Under the pieces are notes generated by a model. It made no database searches. It was given only the letters and a program-made list of their open reading frames with translations, and was not told the origin of the DNA. A program made the translations under genes and the position numbers. A stretch of DNA of 63,827 bases, counting the filler, from Diploschistes diacapsis (Eukaryota): NCBI GenBank assembly GCA_023645945.1. It is 6 parts of 6 records of this genome, joined end to end, with 100 filler letters (N's around TTAATTAATTAA, not from the genome) between each part and the next. Parts side by side here need not be neighbours in the genome. Positions count along the whole stretch, not along the records: positions 10,685 to 21,253 come from JALAIB010000912.1; positions 21,354 to 31,905 come from JALAIB010000913.1; 4 more parts are not named here. One strand, given 5' to 3'. Positions 12,085 to 21,678 of this stretch are shown piece after piece. Each line of letters starts with the position of its first letter. Positions within the stretch are counted from its first letter, which is position 1.

Positions 12085-12795
12085 ATGCTTGCAATATGTC
12101 AACCAACACCTTTAGGTACTTTCGGAAAGCTTCCCAAGGAGCTTTTCGTGGCAATCATTGATAAGGTCCTTGATCCAACATCTGACGATATGATTTGGGA
12201 CATCACACCTGATCCAGTCATGAATCTCGATGGAACTCTGACCAGCAAGGAGAGCGAAGGAGGTTACGTTGGCTACGTCGAAATCACCAAACTACTATCT
12301 GTCAGCAGCATATGGCATGAGCACTGTCTCAGAAGTCTCCTTCGCCGCGCGTCATTGTTATTCACCAGCAACTGGACCTTTTCGTATTTCTTCTGGAACT
12401 GCTCGTACTTCATTCCTGAACCAGGTGCTATAGTGCGCAAGCTCTGCCTGAATTCGAACTATGTATCTCAGCGTGACACGGAAAACCTAGCAGGAACGGC
12501 AAAAACTCTGGCGAGAGGAAGACTGCTTCCCAACCTACAAGAACTTGTCATTGGCTTTGAGAATGACCGAGTGAAAAATGGGTATGGTGAATCCACGTTT
12601 CTCTACGCAGACAACGGCAGGACAGAGGAGTTCTTCGCCCTTATTGAAGAGCTGAAGAAGATCCGGGTCTGCAAAGCGAAAGTTCTGGGCCTCGAAAGTC
12701 GGCAATTGGAGCTGGAGATTGAGGAATGTATGATGGGAGAACGTCTAGGAGATGAGGGTTTCTTGGAGTTAAGAGAGGTGGAATTTCTTGCGTAG
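12085..12795 (+). CDS. Uncharacterised F-box-like protein, paralog B (236 aa, intronless)
   Basis: N-terminal LGTFGKLPKELFVAIIDKVL resembles an F-box start (LPxEL..I). Collinear similarity to neighbouring paralogs (VRKLCL, LLPNLQEL, GL....LE.E.EECMM). Confidence 0.75.
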   Translation: MLAICQPTPLGTFGKLPKELFVAIIDKVLDPTSDDMIWDITPDPVMNLDGTLTSKESEGGYVGYVEITKLLSVSSIWHEHCLRSLLRRASLLFTSNWTFSYFFWNCSYFIPEPGAIVRKLCLNSNYVSQRDTENLAGTAKTLARGRLLPNLQELVIGFENDRVKNGYGESTFLYADNGRTEEFFALIEELKKIRVCKAKVLGLESRQLELEIEECMMGERLGDEGFLELREVEFLA

Positions 12796-13361
12796 AGCTC
12801 TGAAAGCAACTGCCTAGGATTTTTGGTATGCTTGCGTTTTCCCTTCATTAGGTATGCCGCACAGGAAGCTAAGAGTGTATTGATCTAAGTTGATGATGTT
12901 GAAGAAGTCTTCAGTTCGTTGTAGGCTGACAATCAACAGAATAGTAAATGAGGTAGCGAATTCTCTGATTTGGCACATCTGTGTCTGTTTAGCGGACGTG
13001 GGTCTCCAAGGGGCTTATATCCGGACAGTCGAAACCTGAAGAATCAACACCGGTTCCGCAGGTGCTACACTTCAAGTAGTCGAAACCTGAAGAGTTAACC
13101 GAAACTGGATGGATCAATCCCTTTGTGTGGGAGTGCAATGGCACAAAGCTAAGGCATTAGTACTCAAAGGGGTTTCCACGCTCAATGGGCAAATTGTACA
13201 CGGACTTCGACAAATTTTGCTATATATGATCTCTCAACCGTGTCGTATATTGCCTTCGCTCTTCAATCTAGCCAACCGCAACCACATCTATCAGAAGCTT
13301 GCAATCACCATAATATACTCTTCAGTTTCTTTGCCGATATCAACTCAAAGACCGTGCAATC

Positions 13362-14051
13362 ATGTCTCAAGGTACCACCCAAGGAGCCTTCCTTCCATCA
13401 GAACTGATTGCGATGGTTTTTGAGCACTTGCTCGACATCGACTCAGACTACCTAGAATGGGACACATACTGGGATCAAGCGGTCAGCACCACTACTGGCA
13501 GACTTGAGAACATAGCCACACACGACTTCGCTCCCAACGTGCTGCTTGCACTTAATAAGACTTGGAGGAGGTATGTTCTTACTCGCGTCCTCACTCGCAC
13601 AACCTGGACGTTCACGGATGATTCGACATTGAACAACTTCATCTTACAAAGTTCGGTGTTCGTCCCCGATGCTGAAGCTCTCATCACGAAGCTTTGGCTT
13701 AAAATTGCGCTACCGGAGACGCTGAGACCTGGATGCGACGTGTTCCCAGCTCTGAGAGCAATATCGAGGAATAAGCTGATGTCCAACTTGAAACATCTCA
13801 CAATCGTCTTCGATTGTTGGAGTGGCAGGGCGCTAGGTGGTAGTCGTTGGCATATACATGCAGACTACGACCCTTCAGATGAATTGTTCCAGAAAATTCT
13901 TGAAGAGTTACGAAGAGTGCGAGTCCCCAAAGCCACTGTGTCGGGTTTGAAAAGACGAGAGCTAGAAGAAGAACTGGAGCAATGCATGATGCAAGTCCCG
14001 ATGGACGACGACCCTACTATCCAGGACGTTGAAAGGTTCTATGAAGAGTAA
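13362..14051 (+). CDS. Uncharacterised F-box-like protein, paralog C (229 aa, intronless)
   Basis: FLPSELIAMVFEHLL; LLALNKTWRRY; FVPDAEALITKLWL; LMSNLKHLTI; GLKRRELEEELEQCMM. Confidence 0.75.
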   Translation: MSQGTTQGAFLPSELIAMVFEHLLDIDSDYLEWDTYWDQAVSTTTGRLENIATHDFAPNVLLALNKTWRRYVLTRVLTRTTWTFTDDSTLNNFILQSSVFVPDAEALITKLWLKIALPETLRPGCDVFPALRAISRNKLMSNLKHLTIVFDCWSGRALGGSRWHIHADYDPSDELFQKILEELRRVRVPKATVSGLKRRELEEELEQCMMQVPMDDDPTIQDVERFYEE

Positions 14052-14980
14052 CGATCGACAAGAGCATTCTGAAGTCGATGGAATGTGGGTCCATCCTAAG
14101 GATTGAGGCTTGATCAACAATTGCACTATTTTTTGCAGCCCGACGCAGGTTATAATTTCATGCTCCAATTAATAGGCAGATGAAATGATCGGATTTCGGT
14201 TTGTCGTAGCTACAGGTCGTTTGGCCATACCAAAAAGAGAGTTGTACCTCTTGCAAGAGATATTAACTTACATGATAAAAGAATTTGAAGAATCAAGGCA
14301 CCTGCGTCTCGCGGAATACTCGGTTGGTTTTGTCGGATGGATAATCATATATATCAGGACCTAATTGTGATGCTTTCCCGAAAGAAAATCATTTGCTGGA
14401 GCAGCTACTCGGATAATCCGCTGCGAAACGTCTACTCCAGCTTCGCATGCGATCGTAATATCGGCATAACTTTAGCTGAGACTTTTAGACGGAGGTGATT
14501 CTGTATTGATCTGAGGCAATGACCTTGAAGAATAATCCAGTTAGTCATAAGTTGTTATTGACCAGGAGGATTGTAACAACATAGCTGATTTTTCTGGTTT
14601 TGATGGACCTCCGCCTGTGCGTACAGATACAGGTATCCCAAGCTCCAGTCACAACCATCAAAATGCTCTGTACACTAGAACAGTTTACGATGGTCAGACT
14701 TCTTGTGTTTGGACGGACATGTCTCCATGTGTAATACCCAATAGCACACGAAGCCTTGGTGTTGGCAGTCACAGGGCTTTTTACACTCTGAACAGTCAAA
14801 ACTCTTTGAATCTGCTGTACACAGATTGTGATAGAAGTTCCTATATATGATCCTCGAATTCAGGTTGTCATGAAGTCTTTTCTCTTTACCCTATCGGATA
14901 ATTCCTACCAGCTGCCTTCGATTTCCCGCAAGGTTCGTCAAAGCCTTTCCTCAATAGTACTCCCAAGTAGCTTTGCAGAT

Positions 14981-15700
14981 ATGTCTCAACCCATCATTCT
15001 GGGAACACTCAGGAGGCTTCCAAACGAAGTTCTCGACAAGGTGTTCGACCATTTGTAGGACATCGATTCCGACTTTCTTGGTTGGGATCAGCACTGGGAT
15101 AAAAGGACCGGTGATACCACTGGCTAGTTGCTGAATACATTTCCTCCTGGTTTCGATTTCCGTCCAAATATAATGCTGGCTGTCAATAAGTCATGGAGGT
15201 ATCATTTTCTTCCAAGAATCATGGCGCGCAACACCTGGACCTTTACAGATGACTCGTATTTCTGCAACTTTATCGAACCGAGCTCCTTATTCGTCCCTAA
15301 TGCATATTCCTTGATCACGAAGCTCTGGCTTCAGGTGGGACTACTGCGTGTTGATAGCAGGAGAGGCAACGTAGCACCCACTCTCAAGGCCATAGCGAGA
15401 AAGAGGCTTCTACCTGGCTTCCGGAATCTCCATGTCGAGTTCGAAAAATGGCAGGTTATATCGCAAGGTGCAACATGGGGACTGCATGTGGATAAGGATT
15501 CGACCATCCAGAATTTCAATGGATCCCGGGAATACTTCGAAAGATTCGTCTCTAAAGGTGACACTGCACGGATTGCAAGATTTCGCCCTACAGAAGGAAC
15601 TTGAGAAGTGTCTGACGGAAGATCCGGAGGCGAATGATGATGCGGTGATTGAGAATATTCAGGAGTTGTATGAGAAGCAATGGATGCCAAAAGGAGGACT
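14981..15700 (+). pseudogene. F-box-like family paralog D with premature stops and frameshifts
   Basis: MSQPIILGTLRRLPNEVLDKVFDHL*DIDSDFLGWDQHWD..TTG*L..PNIMLAVNKSWRY..TWTFTDDS..LITKLWL. TAG at 15056 and 15125; frameshifts near 15500-15555 before KVTLHGL..LQKELEKCL. Closest to paralog C. End coordinate approximate. Confidence 0.85.
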
Positions 15701-16032
15701 AGACGAAGAAACAATCGTGTTTGATCTTGAGAATATTGGATGGAACACATTTTGTCACTGGACGTCGGTTTCTCCTAACCAACCTATTTCTCGCTCGGAT
15801 ATGCTTTTCCAGACCTTACTCAGTCATCAGATCTAGCGACATCAGTCGTGCCTCCCCTAACTGTTCGCAGCATAAGGAAGTTTATTTGGAGCCCTCATCT
15901 CTAGAAGAGTTGCGGCACGAGCCATTGAGGCACGGTGATAGATGGAAGTGTTCCTGAAGTCAGTGAAAGCCCGCGACTCTGGGCTAGGGACACGAGAACT
16001 GTATGCATAACTTGTTATTTGAATAGAAATCT

Positions 16033-17829
16033 TTAGACTGGTCTTTTGAGTGGATGTGCTTCCGTATTGAACACGTATTCGTCCAGGCTTATTATATTAG
16101 GCCGACTGAATAGCAAATAGAAATACTTGAGCGTCTCCGCAGTCCAGAAGCTTTCCATTTTATCCAGCTTGGGCGGGTTCTTCTGGGTAACATCACTCAG
16201 AGCAGCATGTGCAATATCAGTCCGGGTAAGCTTGTTGACAGCTTGGAACATCTTCCATCCGTGTGCTTGTAATGCTTGGTCTCCTGTTATGCGGAAGAGA
16301 ATGAACACCGATTCGATAGCTTCTGGACGTAACAAATACGTAGGATTGGCAATGCTTGTAAAGCCCTGGGGTAGCTTGTCGTCGCGCATTATCTGATTCA
16401 TCAAGATCTCGTTGCCCATGGCGGCGCCCTTAATTTCGGCCATCCACTTTTCCGTATCCCATTCGCACTGATTATTGCAAGGTATCATGGAAAAGGTTTC
16501 GGGCATTATGCCAGAGGGCATCGACTCGTAGGCCCAAATACAGCCATCGACCAATTTGCGCGCGATCTCCAAGTCACCTTGTAATTCGAAAATCTTGGCG
16601 CCAATAGCGACCATGCCGCCTGCAAAACAGACTAGATGCTGTCCTTCCGGCTTTAGAATTGGGCCTTGTTCAGTGATTTTCAGCATCCCCGATATCAAAA
16701 TATCCCGGTTCTCTGGGACCATTGGACGAAAGAACATTCCTTGCTTTGCTGCCTTGATTGCTGATTCGTACATTCGGCGATATTGAAGCTGACCGCCTCC
16801 TAGAAGCATATGCTCTTTAGGGAGGTATTCATAGAGACTGTCAGCCATTGCGCCAAGGCTGAACTCGTGGTGGATGGTGGTGTCCGCCTGCCTCCCATAA
16901 AACACTAAAGGCCATAGTCCCGGAAGTCTAGTCCGGCTCTGCTGATGGTCGAAAATGTCAGTTATGCGCGAAATGGCATCATAATATTTTGGATTGCCAG
17001 TCAGTTGAGACAGGCGAGTGAATTCTAAAGAGAGTGATCCAGGCTCTGCCACGATTATAGCATCTTCTGGAACCTGTGGATTGCCGTACAGAGCGCTAGA
17101 AGCAGATCAGCAAGGTCTTCACACCGTACTATGCATCAAGACAGACCTAGTCCAATTCCACCTGGCAACTGGCACACGTTTTTCGGTATCGAACGCAACG
17201 TAAAGCATTTCTCCCAGTTCCACAGCCTTCGTCAGCAATATTTCCCTTCCGCTGAGATCGTAGGCGGCGAGCAGGCCGCCAAGAAATCTGATCGTAGTTT
17301 CAAAGACGTTGATGATGGCCGATTGAGGTGTAGTAAAGTCAATCTGGGCAACGGCTGCAACAGCTTCGTCGAACTCGGCCTCGAAACCCATTATCCAAAG
17401 TGAGTCTAGGGAATCAACCAGCGTAGCAGCCCATCCTCCAAAGGTTGTTCTATTTTCCCCAGACAGAGGTGCAACCTCATCTTTACCCCAAGCTCTCTCT
17501 CTATAACCCTTCCAAGAGTGTGCGAAGCTCTCTCGCACTGCGCCCAATCTTTCTTCCCTTATCTTCCGATTTTCGGGCGTCTCTTCGTGGAAATCATATT
17601 GTATAATCGGTATGTTCTGAGCTTTGCCTTTGGGAAGCTGCCGGAAAGAATGGACGGGGTACCTTTCCCTGTAACGTGCCCATTTTGAGCCCAACGGCTG
17701 CGTGCCAAAGCCGAGGTATGGACTAGATAATTGAAGGTTTTCGCGCCAAGAGAAAGTCTTATAGATTGAGAGGATGAGGACAAATGCGACGAGGCTAAGA
17801 AAGACCCATCGACGGGCAATGGAAGGCAT
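16033..17829 (-). CDS. Class I alpha-1,2-mannosidase (glycoside hydrolase family 47), type II membrane protein
   Basis: N-terminal signal anchor. Motifs AWGKDE, TLVDSLD, VFETTIRFLGGLL, AEPGSLSLEF, DSLYEYL, LRPEAIES, ESFWTAETLKYFYLLF, NTEAHP. One 51-nt intron 17146-17096. Confidence 0.95.
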
Positions 17830-18101
17830 CGCTGATCGTTACCATTGCCCGAGGTTCATGACCTTAAATTCATGTAGAGACAATAGGGATATGCCAAGCC
17901 GTGACGTTTCCCCACGGAGCCCTTGCGCCTGGTCACGTGAGCATCTTAGGGTATCAAGTTGTATCGCTTCCCTTAGATCCGTTCCTTAGTTCCGGTAGAG
18001 CTTTATCCCACTCCAGATTGACCGATACACACCCTGATATACTTGACAATACTCGGCTACCCAATAAAAGTGACCGCTGTTGCGTTGCTTTAGTCGCCAG
18101 A

Positions 18102-18834
18102 ATGGCAATCGAGTACGTGAGAGTCAAGGTAGAGTGACTGTACGTCTATGCTAATATTCAACAGCTACCTGATCCTGTTGTCAAGGCAGGGTAAAGTGGT
18201 CGGTCCCCCACCTCAGTCTGAAAATTCATATGGGTACTGATATAAGTTAAAGAGACTGGCGAAATGGTTCAAGACAATGTCTCCAAAGGAAAAGGCCAAG
18301 ATCATCAAGGACGTTTCTCAGCTTGTCCTTTCACGGAGAACACGTATGTGTAACTTCTTGGAGTACAAAGGTATACGGGCCAGCAATAGACCCATTTAGA
18401 GAAGCCACTCAAGTTGTCCCAGACTCGAAGATAGTCTACCGCCGATATGCATCACTCTTTTTCATTGCTGGCTGCGCATCAACGGACAATGAGCTGATCA
18501 CTCTCGAGATCGTGCATCGCTACGTCGAGCAGATGGATAAGTACTACGGCAATGTCTGCGAACTGGACATCATCTTCAATTTCCAAAAAGCATACTTCAT
18601 ACTTGATGAATTGTTACTGGCAGGCGAGATGCAGGAGAGCAGTAAGAAGAATGTACTGCGTTCTATAAGCCAGCAAGACAGCCTTGAAGACATGGAGGTA
18701 AGTCGAAATATTTTGTTGTTACGGATTGAAATATCTTCAGCTAGTGAATTCACGAAATGTTGCTTCATGTATACATTGACTGACGAGACTTTCGTTTCCA
18801 GGTCGACGATACCGGCGTTGCTAAGATAATGTAA
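18102..18834 (+). CDS. APS1: AP-1 adaptor complex sigma subunit
   Basis: Spliced translation [21 protein letters not shown]...[22 protein letters not shown]...[14 protein letters not shown]...[15 protein letters not shown]. Introns 18113-18164, 18199-18252, 18371-18422, 18698-18801. Confidence 0.93.
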
Positions 18835-19770
18835 TATTTGTATAGCTGTCTGTGACTTGTACATATTGGTTGGCATAGCGAGGGCGTTGACATTGCTGAA
18901 TATGCATTTATTGTCTTATGTGCAGTTCTCTTCCATTCCTATAACTAACAACTGACCTTAGATGGACGAAATGATCATCAAGAACCTTGATAGGATGGGG
19001 TTCACTTAACCCGACTTGAGAACAGGCAGACTCAATATCAGTCTTGGATCAGGGACCAGCTTCATACAGTAGAGGATCCCAGAATAGGTCAAAGCGCCAA
19101 GCTTGAGACGAAGACATCCATTTTGGACTTTTTGACCTTTGAATCTTTTGAGTTTCAGTTACCTATATGTTGACATGATGCAGAGACCAGGATAATCTGC
19201 TGTTGCAGGCGTGTGCATGTTGTCATCTAGCAGGCAATGAGTTAACTCTGATCGTGCACGGGAAAATCTATTCGGATACCCTTTCACGTGTACAAACTTT
19301 CAGCTGGCTTTTTCATGAGGATAGTTATGTAAGCCGCTAAGCCTAATCCGTTAGAGGCTCGTCACCTCACCTCCACCTTCCGCTTCTCGGTTGCACGGTT
19401 GTCTTATCATCAGGAAACTATTCTCCCAAACACCACCAATGGATATCAGTTGTTCTCAGTCTGCCTGCTAGGCGCTTGTCGTCTAGCAGATACGCGACAG
19501 CTTGAGAAACTTGGCCGCCAGCCAAGGTGCTCTTGACTAAAGCAAGCAGTTACTCAGCGACCTCCGCTTAGCACCTAACCATTGTGACGCAGCGCCCAAG
19601 GGCAAAGACTGCAGTCGCATTCTTGTAACACGTTTGACGACAAACAAGACTTGCGGTAGCTTTGTTCGGTGTGAAACGGTTCTGGGACGTTCGTCTCACA
19701 GCTACTTAAGCTCAAGCGCGATAGGGCAGGTTGTCAACCTCACATTCTCACAATCTGAACGAATCGCAAA

Positions 19771-20867
19771 ATGAAGGTAAACATATCCAATGACTGGAAA
19801 TCCATTATGATTTAACAACAACATGATAGTACATTCCTAATCCCGAGCTTGATGAAGTTACGAGCGCCCTCAACTTCGATACTGTGGACTGCCGCGTGGA
19901 AGGGAGTTGCGACCTTTACACAACTAAGGCAGCGGGAGGCGATCGAAAGCTGTACAAAAACATAGAACACTCGCTTGAATCACAGTATGAGTCTCTTCTA
20001 CGATTCTCGGCTTCACTTTCACCACCTCAAACCACCTCAGCCGCGCTTTCCGTCAATCTCTCACGGTCCAGCCCTTTCGGATCATTGAGCCATAATTCCA
20101 GTCGCCGAACCTTCGCCTATCTGATTGCAACATTGAACGCGAGTCATTCTGATTATGATTTCTCTCACGACCTAAAGCCGAGTGATTTTCGCCGGGAGAA
20201 GTACTTGCGTCTGGTGATGAATACCCTCGATACCACACTCCACAACCTTTGGCCCAAGCCAGCTTACCGTTACGGGTCGCCTCACTGGTCATCTGCTATC
20301 ACGCCGGCTGACACCATGAGTCCCCCACGAAGATGGAGTCCGAAGATGTGGCGCGCTATTGATAAGGAAATGGACTTGAAAGACTGCGCTATCTACTCGC
20401 TGTCTCCGGAAGAGGAGATTTACAATGAAGAAGAGGGCGTAATCTGGAGCTTCAATTATTTCTTTTTCAACAAAACACGGAAGAGAGTGTGTTACATCTA
20501 TCTTCGAGGCTTGAGCATCATAAACCAAGATAACGTTCCCAAAACTCCTCTATCGGAAGTGGGCAGCCAGCGCAGTGACCTGGACTGGACATATGATGCT
20601 GGTGCCAGCAAGCGTGCTAAGTTCTGGCTTGGCAATAGGGGGCCTTCCGTTGAAATTGAAGGTGGCTGGGACGAAGATGACGATGATGAGATGCTGGCTT
20701 GTTCCTACAACAAACGTGTGCGCGAACCAAGGCTTCTTCCACGCAATGACCATAAAAAATTTGTGCACATCCCCAGCGATCCAGGTAGCCTCCGTAACTC
20801 TCGCAGTAGGAGCAAAAGTACCGTGCGCGGTATCAGTGAGGATATTGTTGAGTCGATGGAGGTTTGA
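19771..20867 (+). CDS. MAF1: Repressor of RNA polymerase III transcription Maf1
   Basis: ATGAAG micro-exon, intron 19777-19829. Motifs GSCDLYTTK, PFG.L....SRRTFAYLIATLNASH.DYDFS, IWSFNYFFFNK.RKRV. Confidence 0.93.
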
Positions 20868-21113
20868 ATGGTTCTCGCCGCATGTTCTACTGCAATTTAT
20901 GCATTCATTCTGTTCTTGCACGCTTGGACATCTATGCACTTGTTATTTGCACCACGTCGTTATCGATTCCTATTCTACTTCAGTACTGCCAGGGGTAATG
21001 GATGGATATGGATGGCGTCCCAATTGTTTCAGGTTAGGAACTTTCGGCGGCGCTTAGATACGGGCAACATCGGGTCTAGTGAAAGCGACACTCGGTTCGC
21101 CTTGTACCTTTTA

Positions 21114-21253
21114 GGCCCTGTTTGGTGGTCAGCGTAGAGCATGCGTAAAGCCTCTACGTAGCTTGTACGAGGTCACATGACACTCTACGCTCCCACCAAA
21201 CGCCCCTTTTCATAGAGCGTCTACGTAGACGTCGTAGAGCGTCTACGCGCTCT
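21114..21253. mobile_element. Putative PIF/Harbinger (Tourist-like) MITE end, cut by the contig break
   Basis: TTA followed by GGCCCTGTTTGGTGG. Imperfect inverted copy CTCTACGCTCCCACCAAACGCCCC at 21183-21206. Repeated GTAGAG/CTCTAC/GTCTAC motifs continue to the contig end. Confidence 0.55.
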
Positions 21254-21353
21254 NNNNNNNNNNNNNNNNNNNNNNNNNNNNNNNNNNNNNNNNNNNNTTA
21301 ATTAATTAANNNNNNNNNNNNNNNNNNNNNNNNNNNNNNNNNNNNNNNNNNNN
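21254..21353. other. Artificial contig spacer
   Basis: N44-TTAATTAATTAA-N44. Confidence 0.99.
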
Positions 21354-21495
21354 ATATAGTTATTATTCGATTTATAAGGCTTCAAATTAATTACTTTTGG
21401 AAATATTTTACTTTAAATATTTATTATTGTAGTTTTGTTATTGTATCACGTGCACGGGTACTAGGGTCTGCACGGGTACTAGGGTCACGACTCTA
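21354..21495 (+). mobile_element. Terminus of Fot1/pogo-like DNA transposon (copy 2), AT-rich
   Basis: Aligns over ~140 nt with the reverse complement of 31247-31388. Ends GGTCACGACTC-TA; perfect tandem repeat TGCACGGGTACTAGGGTC x2. Confidence 0.82.
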
Positions 21496-21678
21496 GTCTA
21501 TAGTAGGCTGTGTATATTATCTCTTTACTTTGATCATAATAGTAGGTAATCCTCTCTGGCTCCCTCTGCGGAGCACCGAATTGGCGTCTATATCATTCGA
21601 TCCAAAGGTGTTTTTTCTTCTCTTCGTTATGTAGTCTTCCCTTTTGTAAAGGTATCTCCTATTCGAATATCATATCCA

